Below are positions 1 to 10,169 of a DNA stretch of 64,000 bases, piece by piece. The stretch's first letter is position 1. Every line of letters begins with the position of its first letter. The notes beneath the pieces are model-generated. The model had not been told where the DNA came from. It made no database searches and saw only the letters and a list, made by a program, of their open reading frames with translations. Source of the stretch: Amphiscolops sp. MND2022 (taxonomy: Eukaryota); NCBI GenBank assembly GCA_964187785.1, contig OZ076409.1, positions 16,494,001 through 16,558,000 of the forward strand, read 5' to 3'. A program made the position numbers and the translations under genes.

Positions 1-397
1 TTTTTACTATTTTCACAAAATGTGGTTTAACTTCGGTGACAGTTTTGCAAAAGGGGTCAAAATGAACAGATAGCAAAAAACGGACAACGGCATTGGAAAG
101 AGGGCCCAAAATTACCCCTAAAACGTGTTTTTCACACTCCTGAGTCGACTTTTGATAATACATGGAATTTCATTTTTAAGCTTACTAATTTATGCTTTTC
201 AGCATACATTTTCGTAATAGAGTCAAAATTTTGCTTTCTCACAATTTTTCTGGAATATTTTTGTTTCATCAGATGTCAATAACTTGAAACGTCGTCTTTT
301 CATGAGAATTTCTCCTCAAAACAAGTTGTTGGCTGGTAATGGTAAGTCCGTACCGCAGATAGGAGTCTCGCGCTCCAAAAATTGACTCTTTGCTTTT

Positions 398-505
398 AGC
401 CTAATTGTTGTGATAAACTTATTAAATAGGTAAGTATTCCAACCCTATTGATAAGTTTTATTTGAAAGCAGACTGCGAAAGTGGTCTGCTGCCCAATTTT
501 TGAAC
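398..505 (+). ncRNA. Putative spliced-leader (SL) RNA gene; reference copy, 3' end approximate
   Basis: Exon 398-429 ending in AG, donor GTAAGT 430-435. Stem I (~412-430 pairing with ~443-461) has the donor at its apex. Stem II AGCAGAC(467-473)/GTCTGCT(484-490) has a C-GAAA-G tetraloop. Sm-type site AATTTTTGA 495-503. Linkage to 5S matches known SL/5S arrays. Confidence 0.85.
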
Positions 506-597
506 AAGGAACAAGCTAGTCTGCACTAACTTAAAAGTTACGCGTATTTTGACCGAGAAAATTTTCGTATCATTGTACGTAATTTTGTTGTTAAGCA

Positions 598-603
598 TAT
601 AAA
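598..603 (+). promoter_or_regulatory. TATA-like element upstream of 5S (present in each unit; TATGAA variant in two)
   Basis: TATAAA at -27..-22 relative to 5S +1. Confidence 0.55.
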
Positions 604-624
604 GCTATTGATTTTACAATGATC

Positions 625-743
625 GGCTACGACCATACCATGTTGAATGCACCGGTTCTCGTCCGATCACCGAAGTTAAACAACATAGGGCCTGGTTAGT
701 ACTTGGATGGGAGACCGCTTGGGAACACCAGGTGTTGTAGCCT
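625..743 (+). rRNA. 5S rRNA (reference copy)
   Basis: 119 nt, GGCTACGACCATACC...CCGATCACCGAAGTTAA...TTAGTACTTGGATGGGAGACC...GTTGTAGCC. Terminal helix GGCTAC/GTAGCC, box A/C-like internal promoter, followed by T6. Confidence 0.98.
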
Positions 744-748
744 TTTTT
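743..748 (+). terminator. Pol III terminator (T6) of 5S; present in each unit
   Basis: TTTTTT directly after the 5S 3' end. Confidence 0.9.
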
Positions 749-753
749 GTCAG

Positions 754-1015
754 AAATGTGGTTTAACTTCGGTGACAGTTTTGCAAAAGGGGTCAAATTG
801 AAAAGATAGCACAAAACGGACAACGCCATCAGAAAGAGCGTCCAAAAAAACCCCCATGCTGAAATTTTCGCCGCCATCACTTGAATTTTCATTGAGTTAT
901 GTCATTTTTACTATTTTCACAAAATGTGGTTTAACTTCGGTGACAGTTTTGCAAAAGGGGTCAAAATGAACAGATAGCAAAAAACGGACAACGGCATTGG
1001 AAAGAGGGCCCAAAA
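754..1015 (+). repeat. Two imperfect ~94-bp direct sub-repeats in the spacer (754-847 and 922-1015); present in each unit
   Basis: AAATGTGGTTTAACTTCGGTGACAGTTTTGCAAAAGGGGTCAAA...ACGGACAACG...AAAGAG occurs twice, 168 bp apart. Confidence 0.95.
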
Positions 1016-1301
1016 TTACCCCTAAAACGTGTTTTTCACACTCCTGAGTCGACTTTTGATAATACATGGAATTTCATTTTTAAGCTTACTAATTTATGCT
1101 TTTCAGCATACATTTTCGTAATAGAGTCAAAATTTTGCTTTCTCACAATTTTTCTGGAATATTTTTGTTTCATCAGATGTCAATAACTTGAAACGTCGTC
1201 TTTTCATGAGAATTTCTCCTCAAAACAAGTTGTTGGCTGGTAATGGTAAGTCCGTACCGCAGATAGGAGTCTCGCGCTCCAAAAATTGACTCTTTGCTTT
1301 T

Positions 1302-1519
1302 AGCCTAATTGTTGTGATAAACTTATTAAATAGGTAAGTATTCCATTTTTGGAGTATATCTTGCCTGTTTGAGGTGTGAGTCGCAGCAATCATAGGTCCA
1401 AAACCAGTAACCAAAAACCAACCTGTACTTACTTGTTTGAAAGGTAAGTATTCCAACCCTATTGATAAGTTTTATTTGAAAGCAGACTGCGAAAGTGGTC
1501 TGCTGCCCAATTTTTGAAC
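1302..1519 (+). pseudogene. SL RNA gene interrupted by mini-element
   Basis: SL sequence split at the donor region by insertion 1346-1441. Confidence 0.75.
1346..1441 (+). mobile_element. Non-coding SL-targeted mini-element, copy 1 (divergent subtype), site 2
   Basis: 96 bp; TSD AGGTAAGTATTCCA 1332-1345/1442-1455; ends TGTTTGAA. Confidence 0.85.
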
Positions 1520-1638
1520 AAGGAACAAGCTAGTCTGCACTAACTTAAAAGTTACGCGTATTTTGACCGAGAAAATTTTCGTATCATTGTACGTAATTTT
1601 GTTGTTAAGCATATAAAGCTATTGATTTTACAATGATC

Positions 1639-1757
1639 GGCTACGACCATACCATGTTGAATGCACCGGTTCTCGTCCGATCACCGAAGTTAAACAACAT
1701 AGGGCCTGGTTAGTACTTGGATGGGAGACCGCTTGGGAACACCAGGTGTTGTAGCCT
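1639..1757 (+). rRNA. 5S rRNA
   Basis: Copy of 625-743. Confidence 0.98.
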
Positions 1758-2315
1758 TTTTTGTCAGAAATGTGGTTTAACTTCGGTGACAGTTTTGCAA
1801 AAGGGGTCAAATTGAAAAGATAGCACAAAACGGACAACGCCATCAGAAAGAGCGTCCAAAAAAACCCCCATGCTGAAATTTTCGCCGCCATCACTTGAAT
1901 TTTCATTGAGTTATGTCATTTTTACTATTTTCACAAAATGTGGTTTAACTTCGGTGACAGTTTTGCAAAAGGGGTCAAAATGAACAGATAGCAAAAAACG
2001 GACAACGGCATTGGAAAGAGGGCCCAAAATTACCCCTAAAACGTGTTTTTCACACTCCTGAGTCGACTTTTGATAATACATGGAATTTCATTTTTAAGCT
2101 TACTAATTTATGCTTTTCAGCATACATTTTCGTAATAGAGTCAAAATTTTGCTTTCTCACAATTTTTCTGGAATATTTTTGTTTCATCAGATGTCAATAA
2201 CTTGAAACGTCGTCTTTTCATGAGAATTTCTCCTCAAAACAAGTTGTTGGCTGGTAATGGTAAGTCCGTACCGCAGATAGGAGTCTCGCGCTCCAAAAAT
2301 TGACTCTTTGCTTTT

Positions 2316-2423
2316 AGCCTAATTGTTGTGATAAACTTATTAAATAGGTAAGTATTCCAACCCTATTGATAAGTTTTATTTGAAAGCAGACTGCGAAAGT
2401 GGTCTGCTGCCCAATTTTTGAAC
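2316..2423 (+). ncRNA. Putative SL RNA gene
   Basis: Copy of 398-505. Confidence 0.85.
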
Positions 2424-2457
2424 AAGGAACAAGCTAGTCTGCACTAACTTAAAAGTT

Positions 2458-2657
2458 NNNNNNNNNNNNNNNNNNNNNNNNNNNNNNNNNNNNNNNNNNN
2501 NNNNNNNNNNNNNNNNNNNNNNNNNNNNNNNNNNNNNNNNNNNNNNNNNNNNNNNNNNNNNNNNNNNNNNNNNNNNNNNNNNNNNNNNNNNNNNNNNNNN
2601 NNNNNNNNNNNNNNNNNNNNNNNNNNNNNNNNNNNNNNNNNNNNNNNNNNNNNNNNN
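2458..2657. other. Assembly gap (200 N)
   Basis: Run of N; the flanks are contiguous in the unit consensus (AAAAGTT|ACGCG). Confidence 1.
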
Positions 2658-2742
2658 ACGCGTATTTTGACCGAGAAAATTTTCGTATCATTGTACGTAA
2701 TTTTGTTGTTAAGCATATAAAGCTATTGATTTTACAATGATC

Positions 2743-2861
2743 GGCTACGACCATACCATGTTGAATGCACCGGTTCTCGTCCGATCACCGAAGTTAAACA
2801 ACATAGGGCCTGGTTAGTACTTGGATGGGAGACCGCTTGGGAACACCAGGTGTTGTAGCCT
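2743..2861 (+). rRNA. 5S rRNA
   Basis: Copy of 625-743. Confidence 0.98.
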
Positions 2862-3419
2862 TTTTTGTCAGAAATGTGGTTTAACTTCGGTGACAGTTTT
2901 GCAAAAGGGGTCAAATTGAAAAGATAGCACAAAACGGACAACGCCATCAGAAAGAGCGTCCAAAAAAACCCCCATGCTGAAATTTTCGCCGCCATCACTT
3001 GAATTTTCATTGAGTTATGTCATTTTTACTATTTTCACAAAATGTGGTTTAACTTCGGTGACAGTTTTGCAAAAGGGGTCAAAATGAACAGATAGCAAAA
3101 AACGGACAACGGCATTGGAAAGAGGGCCCAAAATTACCCCTAAAACGTGTTTTTCACACTCCTGAGTCGACTTTTGATAATACATGGAATTTCATTTTTA
3201 AGCTTACTAATTTATGCTTTTCAGCATACATTTTCGTAATAGAGTCAAAATTTTGCTTTCTCACAATTTTTCTGGAATATTTTTGTTTCATCAGATGTCA
3301 ATAACTTGAAACGTCGTCTTTTCATGAGAATTTCTCCTCAAAACAAGTTGTTGGCTGGTAATGGTAAGTCCGTACCGCAGATAGGAGTCTCGCGCTCCAA
3401 AAATTGACTCTTTGCTTTT

Positions 3420-3527
3420 AGCCTAATTGTTGTGATAAACTTATTAAATAGGTAAGTATTCCAACCCTATTGATAAGTTTTATTTGAAAGCAGACTGCGA
3501 AAGTGGTCTGCTGCCCAATTTTTGAAC
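3420..3527 (+). ncRNA. Putative SL RNA gene
   Basis: Copy of 398-505. Confidence 0.85.
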
Positions 3528-3646
3528 AAGGAACAATCTAGTCTGCACTAACTTAAAAGTTACGCGTATTTTGACCGAGAAAATTTTCGTATCATTGTAC
3601 GTAATTTTGTTGTTAAGCATATAAAGCTATTGATTTTACAATGATC

Positions 3647-3765
3647 GGCTACGACCATACCATGTTGAATGCACCGGTTCTCGTCCGATCACCGAAGTTA
3701 AACAACATAGGGCCTGGTTAGTACTTGGATGGGAGACCGCTTGGGAACACCAGGTGTTGTAGCCT
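3647..3765 (+). rRNA. 5S rRNA
   Basis: Copy of 625-743. Confidence 0.98.
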
Positions 3766-4323
3766 TTTTTGTCAGAAATGTGGTTTAACTTCGGTGACAG
3801 TTTTGCAAAAGGGGTCAAATTGAAAAGATAGCACAAAACGGACAACGCCATCAGAAAGAGCGTCCAAAAAAACCCCCATGCTGAAATTTTCGCCGCCATC
3901 ACTTGAATTTTCATTGAGTTATGTCATTTTTACTATTTTCACAAAATGTGGTTTAACTTCGGTGACAGTTTTGCAAAAGGGGTCAAAATGAACAGATAGC
4001 AAAAAACGGACAACGGCATTGGAAAGAGGGCCCAAAATTACCCCTAAAACGTGTTTTTCACACTCCTGAGTCGACTTTTGATAATACATGGAATTTCATT
4101 TTTAAGCTTACTAATTTATGCTTTTCAGCATACATTTTCGTAATAGAGTCAAAATTTTGCTTTCTCACAATTTTTCTGGAATATTTTTGTTTCATCAGAT
4201 GTCAATAACTTGAAACGTCGTCTTTTCATGAGAATTTCTCCTCAAAACAAGTTGTTGGCTGGTAATGGTAAGTCCGTACCGCAGATAGGAGTCTCGCGCT
4301 CCAAAAATTGACTCTTTGCTTTT

Positions 4324-4431
4324 AGCCTAATTGTTGTGATAAACTTATTAAATAGGTAAGTATTCCAACCCTATTGATAAGTTTTATTTGAAAGCAGACT
4401 GCGAAAGTGGTCTGCTGCCCAATTTTTGAAC
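4324..4431 (+). ncRNA. Putative SL RNA gene
   Basis: Copy of 398-505. Confidence 0.85.
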
Positions 4432-4550
4432 AAGGAACAAGCTAGTCTGCACTAACTTAAAAGTTACGCGTATTTTGACCGAGAAAATTTTCGTATCATT
4501 GTACGTAATTTTGTTGTTAAGCATATAAAGCTATTGATTTTACAATGATC

Positions 4551-4669
4551 GGCTACGACCATACCATGTTGAATGCACCGGTTCTCGTCCGATCACCGAA
4601 GTTAAACAACATAGGGCCTGGTTAGTACTTGGATGGGAGACCGCTTGGGAACACCAGGTGTTGTAGCCT
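4551..4669 (+). rRNA. 5S rRNA
   Basis: Copy of 625-743. Confidence 0.98.
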
Positions 4670-5227
4670 TTTTTGTCAGAAATGTGGTTTAACTTCGGTG
4701 ACAGTTTTGCAAAAGGGGTCAAATTGAAAAGATAGCACAAAACGGACAACGCCATCAGAAAGAGCGTCCAAAAAAACCCCCATGCTGAAATTTTCGCCGC
4801 CATCACTTGAATTTTCATTGAGTTATGTCATTTTTACTATTTTCACAAAATGTGGTTTAACTTCGGTGACAGTTTTGCAAAAGGGGTCAAAATGAACAGA
4901 TAGCAAAAAACGGACAACGGCATTGGAAAGAGGGCCCAAAATTACCCCTAAAACGTGTTTTTCACACTCCTGAGTCGACTTTTGATAATACATGGAATTT
5001 CATTTTTAAGCTTACTAATTTATGCTTTTCAGCATACATTTTCGTAATAGAGTCAAAATTTTGCTTTCTCACAATTTTTCTGGAATATTTTTGTTTCATC
5101 AGATGTCAATAACTTGAAACGTCGTCTTTTCATGAGAATTTCTCCTCAAAACAAGTTGTTGGCTGGTAATGGTAAGTCCGTACCGCAGATAGGAGTCTCG
5201 CGCTCCAAAAATTGACTCTTTGCTTTT

Positions 5228-5335
5228 AGCCTAATTGTTGTGATAAACTTATTAAATAGGTAAGTATTCCAACCCTATTGATAAGTTTTATTTGAAAGCA
5301 GACTGCGAAAGTGGTCTGCTGCCCAATTTTTGAAC
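5228..5335 (+). ncRNA. Putative SL RNA gene
   Basis: Copy of 398-505. Confidence 0.85.
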
Positions 5336-5454
5336 AAGGAACAAGCTAGTCTGCACTAACTTAAAAGTTACGCGTATTTTGACCGAGAAAATTTTCGTAT
5401 CATTGTACGTAATTTTGTTGTTAAGCATATAAAGCTATTGATTTTACAATGATC

Positions 5455-5573
5455 GGCTACGACCATACCATGTTGAATGCACCGGTTCTCGTCCGATCAC
5501 CGAAGTTAAACAACATAGGGCCTGGTTAGTACTTGGATGGGAGACCGCTTGGGAACACCAGGTGTTGTAGCCT
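5455..5573 (+). rRNA. 5S rRNA
   Basis: Copy of 625-743. Confidence 0.98.
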
Positions 5574-6131
5574 TTTTTGTCAGAAATGTGGTTTAACTTC
5601 GGTGACAGTTTTGCAAAAGGGGTCAAATTGAAAAGATAGCACAAAACGGACAACGCCATCAGAAAGAGCGTCCAAAAAAACCCCCATGCTGAAATTTTCG
5701 CCGCCATCACTTGAATTTTCATTGAGTTATGTCATTTTTACTATTTTCACAAAATGTGGTTTAACTTCGGTGACAGTTTTGCAAAAGGGGTCAAAATGAA
5801 CAGATAGCAAAAAACGGACAACGGCATTGGAAAGAGGGCCCAAAATTACCCCTAAAACGTGTTTTTCACACTCCTGAGTCGACTTTTGATAATACATGGA
5901 ATTTCATTTTTAAGCTTACTAATTTATGCTTTTCAGCATACATTTTCGTAATAGAGTCAAAATTTTGCTTTCTCACAATTTTTCTGGAATATTTTTGTTT
6001 CATCAGATGTCAATAACTTGAAACGTCGTCTTTTCATGAGAATTTCTCCTCAAAACAAGTTGTTGGCTGGTAATGGTAAGTCCGTACCGCAGATAGGAGT
6101 CTCGCGCTCCAAAAATTGACTCTTTGCTTTT

Positions 6132-6239
6132 AGCCTAATTGTTGTGATAAACTTATTAAATAGGTAAGTATTCCAACCCTATTGATAAGTTTTATTTGAA
6201 AGCAGACTGCGAAAGTGGTCTGCTGCCCAATTTTTGAAC
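6132..6239 (+). ncRNA. Putative SL RNA gene
   Basis: Copy of 398-505. Confidence 0.85.
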
Positions 6240-6358
6240 AAGGAACAAGCTAGTCTGCACTAACTTAAAAGTTACGCGTATTTTGACCGAGAAAATTTTC
6301 GTATCATTGTACGTAATTTTGTTGTTAAGCATATAAAGCTATTGATTTTACAATGATC

Positions 6359-6477
6359 GGCTACGACCATACCATGTTGAATGCACCGGTTCTCGTCCGA
6401 TCACCGAAGTTAAACAACATAGGGCCTGGTTAGTACTTGGATGGGAGACCGCTTGGGAACACCAGGTGTTGTAGCCT
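6359..6477 (+). rRNA. 5S rRNA
   Basis: Copy of 625-743. Confidence 0.98.
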
Positions 6478-7035
6478 TTTTTGTCAGAAATGTGGTTTAA
6501 CTTCGGTGACAGTTTTGCAAAAGGGGTCAAATTGAAAAGATAGCACAAAACGGACAACGCCATCAGAAAGAGCGTCCAAAAAAACCCCCATGCTGAAATT
6601 TTCGCCGCCATCACTTGAATTTTCATTGAGTTATGTCATTTTTACTATTTTCACAAAATGTGGTTTAACTTCGGTGACAGTTTTGCAAAAGGGGTCAAAA
6701 TGAACAGATAGCAAAAAACGGACAACGGCATTGGAAAGAGGGCCCAAAATTACCCCTAAAACGTGTTTTTCACACTCCTGAGTCGACTTTTGATAATACA
6801 TGGAATTTCATTTTTAAGCTTACTAATTTATGCTTTTCAGCATACATTTTCGTAATAGAGTCAAAATTTTGCTTTCTCACAATTTTTCTGGAATATTTTT
6901 GTTTCATCAGATGTCAATAACTTGAAACGTCGTCTTTTCATGAGAATTTCTCCTCAAAACAAGTTGTTGGCTGGTAATGGTAAGTCCGTACCGCAGATAG
7001 GAGTCTCGCGCTCCAAAAATTGACTCTTTGCTTTT

Positions 7036-7143
7036 AGCCTAATTGTTGTGATAAACTTATTAAATAGGTAAGTATTCCAACCCTATTGATAAGTTTTATT
7101 TGAAAGCAGACTGCGAAAGTGGTCTGCTGCCCAATTTTTGAAC
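7036..7143 (+). ncRNA. Putative SL RNA gene
   Basis: Copy of 398-505. Confidence 0.85.
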
Positions 7144-7262
7144 AAGGAACAATCTAGTCTGCACTAACTTAAAAGTTACGCGTATTTTGACCGAGAAAAT
7201 TTTCGTATCATTGTACGTAATTTTGTTGTTAAGCATATAAAGCTATTGATTTTACAATGATC

Positions 7263-7381
7263 GGCTACGACCATACCATGTTGAATGCACCGGTTCTCGT
7301 CCGATCACCGAAGTTAAACAACATAGGGCCTGGTTAGTACTTGGATGGGAGACCGCTTGGGAACACCAGGTGTTGTAGCCT
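7263..7381 (+). rRNA. 5S rRNA
   Basis: Copy of 625-743. Confidence 0.98.
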
Positions 7382-7939
7382 TTTTTGTCAGAAATGTGGT
7401 TTAACTTCGGTGACAGTTTTGCAAAAGGGGTCAAATTGAAAAGATAGCACAAAACGGACAACGCCATCAGAAAGAGCGTCCAAAAAAACCCCCATGCTGA
7501 AATTTTCGCCGCCATCACTTGAATTTTCATTGAGTTATGTCATTTTTACTATTTTCACAAAATGTGGTTTAACTTCGGTGACAGTTTTGCAAAAGGGGTC
7601 AAAATGAACAGATAGCAAAAAACGGACAACGGCATTGGAAAGAGGGCCCAAAATTACCCCTAAAACGTGTTTTTCACACTCCTGAGTCGACTTTTGATAA
7701 TACATGGAATTTCATTTTTAAGCTTACTAATTTATGCTTTTCAGCATACATTTTCGTAATAGAGTCAAAATTTTGCTTTCTCACAATTTTTCTGGAATAT
7801 TTTTGTTTCATCAGATGTCAATAACTTGAAACGTCGTCTTTTCATGAGAATTTCTCCTCAAAACAAGTTGTTGGCTGGTAATGGTAAGTCCGTACCGCAG
7901 ATAGGAGTCTCGCGCTCCAAAAATTGACTCTTTGCTTTT

Positions 7940-8047
7940 AGCCTAATTGTTGTGATAAACTTATTAAATAGGTAAGTATTCCAACCCTATTGATAAGTTT
8001 TATTTGAAAGCAGACTGCGAAAGTGGTCTGCTGCCCAATTTTTGAAC
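7940..8047 (+). ncRNA. Putative SL RNA gene
   Basis: Copy of 398-505. Confidence 0.85.
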
Positions 8048-8166
8048 AAGGAACAAGCTAGTCTGCACTAACTTAAAAGTTACGCGTATTTTGACCGAGA
8101 AAATTTTCGTATCATTGTACGTAATTTTGTTGTTAAGCATATAAAGCTATTGATTTTACAATGATC

Positions 8167-8285
8167 GGCTACGACCATACCATGTTGAATGCACCGGTTC
8201 TCGTCCGATCACCGAAGTTAAACAACATAGGGCCTGGTTAGTACTTGGATGGGAGACCGCTTGGGAACACCAGGTGTTGTAGCCT
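8167..8285 (+). rRNA. 5S rRNA
   Basis: Copy of 625-743. Confidence 0.98.
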
Positions 8286-8970
8286 TTTTTGTCAGAAATG
8301 TGGTTTAACTTCGGTGACAGTTTTGCAAAAGGGGTCAAATTGAAAAGATAGCACAAAACGGACAACGCCATCAGAAAGAGCGTCCAAAAAAACCCCCATG
8401 CTGAAATTTTCGCCGCCATCACTTGAATTTTCATTGAGTTATGTCATTTTTACTATTTTCACAAAATGTGGTTTAACTTCGGTGACAGTTTTGCAAAAGG
8501 GGTCAAAATGAACAGATAGCAAAAAACGGACAACGGCATTGGAAAGAGGGCCCAAAATTACCCCTAAAACGTGTTTTTCACACTCCTGAGTCGACTTTTG
8601 ATAATACATGGAATTTCATTTTTAAGCTTACTAATTTATGCTTTTCAGCATACATTTTCGTAATAGAGTCAAAATTTTGCTTTCTCACAATTTTTCTGGA
8701 ATATTTTTGTTTCATCAGATGTCAATAACTTGAAACGTCGTCTTTTCATGAGAATTTCTCCTCAAAACAAGTTGTTGGCTGGTAATGGTAAGTCCGTACC
8801 GCAGATAGGAGTCTCGCGCTCCAAAAATTGACTCTTTGCTTTTAGCCTAATTGTTGTGAACAGTTGACTTTTGACTTTTGCTTTCCCTGCAAATTTTTGC
8901 TGTTGAAAATTTTGAGAGTTTTTACGAGCTTTGCTCTATTCTAACAGATTATTGGAACGACTTATTGCCA

Positions 8971-10158
8971 ATGGAAAACGACGAGGTTTGTGAGGTTAGT
9001 GGCCCTTCGACTATGGATGACAATGTTTTGAACAACGAACCTTTAAATGATAATACCTCTGCACCTTCATCTAGTTATAGTAAAGTAGCTGGATCTGGTA
9101 TTCCTCCTCCACGTTTGAAAAACATTGTTAAGATGAAAATCTTCCCACCATTTCGGAAAAAACATTTTGAAGACAAGACTGCTTTTGACCTTGCTTCTAA
9201 AGAATGTATTAAAGCCATTCTCTTGGCATTCCCCACGAATCTGAGGCCAAATTTAACAATTGCCACATCATTTACAATGAAAGCAACACGTAAAATGCAT
9301 TCTGTTGACGTTGTTGCATCTGCAGATGCATCATATTACTTCAGTAAAATACAGACAAGTGGCATAGAAATGCTTGGTTGTACGGTCTTTCCGTCTGGAG
9401 AAGATTATTGGCAAGCTTTGCCTGGGTTATATCCTAAGCAGGTCGAAATCAAATTGTTGCATGTGCCTGTTGTGTGTAACGACGCGGAATTGCTTGAATT
9501 GCTACAATTGCCGCCAAACACAGAAACCATTCGTGTGAAACATTTCACTGATGATGTTGATGGAATCCATTTTTATAATGGTAAAGCTACCATTTCGGTC
9601 AAAGCGCAATCCGCAGAGCACGAAGATCAATTGAGACAATGGTCAATCAAAAGCCATGAAGAAAAAGGTTATATTTGGGAAGGAATTCCAATTTATGCGT
9701 TTATTCCTGCCCTACATTCTTGTCCTCATTGTAAGAAAATAAAGAAACCTTTTCATGGTCATGATATTTCATGGTGTCGTTATGCAAAAGAGGCAGCCAA
9801 AACAGAGGAAGCTGTAAAAGTGGCGGCTCTTAACGACGCAGCCGAAAAAAAGGCTGCTGATAAACAACGAAATCACTCAATGAAAAAGAAAGTTACAGAA
9901 GAAAAGCATTTCACGGAAAGTGATGACATCAGTGATTCTGATCAAGAATTGGGCGTCTGTACAGGAAAAAACAGGAAACAAAATGAATCTGATTTGCCAT
10001 GGCAAGAAGTTAAAAGTAAACGGTCTCGACAACAAGAGGCTCGTAAAGAAAGAGAAAGAGAGCGCGTTGCACCCAAAAGGAAGAAATACATATTTAAGTC
10101 TGACAATTTTTTGAAAAATCCTGAAAAAAATTCAAAATCATCTTCACTTAAATCATAA
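8971..10158 (+). CDS. Family A ORF1 (putative nucleic-acid-binding protein, CCHC motif)
   Basis: First in-frame ATG at 8971 (the track start 8878 is TTG); CPHC-x9-HDISWC; basic C-terminus; similar to ORF1 of B and D. Confidence 0.85.
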   Translation: MENDEVCEVSGPSTMDDNVLNNEPLNDNTSAPSSSYSKVAGSGIPPPRLKNIVKMKIFPPFRKKHFEDKTAFDLASKECIKAILLAFPTNLRPNLTIATSFTMKATRKMHSVDVVASADASYYFSKIQTSGIEMLGCTVFPSGEDYWQALPGLYPKQVEIKLLHVPVVCNDAELLELLQLPPNTETIRVKHFTDDVDGIHFYNGKATISVKAQSAEHEDQLRQWSIKSHEEKGYIWEGIPIYAFIPALHSCPHCKKIKKPFHGHDISWCRYAKEAAKTEEAVKVAALNDAAEKKAADKQRNHSMKKKVTEEKHFTESDDISDSDQELGVCTGKNRKQNESDLPWQEVKSKRSRQQEARKERERERVAPKRKKYIFKSDNFLKNPEKNSKSSSLKS

Positions 10159-10169
10159 GCATTAATTTT

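Noticed and set aside
340..376. Second donor-like GGTAAGT and a small GGAG/CTCC hairpin upstream of the SL exon
   Set aside because: There is no enclosing stem or nearby Sm site. It is more likely part of the upstream promoter region and cannot support a second SL or snRNA call.
625..743. Elements as 5S-targeting (Mutsu-like) retrotransposons
   Set aside because: No insertion lies in a 5S gene; all fall ~195-230 bp upstream, inside the SL gene.
614..892. Repeated 92-aa minus-strand ORF (MKIQVMAAK...)
   Set aside because: It is the antisense reading of the 5S rRNA gene and spacer. It recurs only because the array repeats, and one unit has a frameshift.
1346..1455. CRISPR-like repeat/spacer reading of TSD-flanked short inserts
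   Set aside because: The inserts are related to each other, the flanks are variable-length TSDs, the context is eukaryotic and there are no cas genes.
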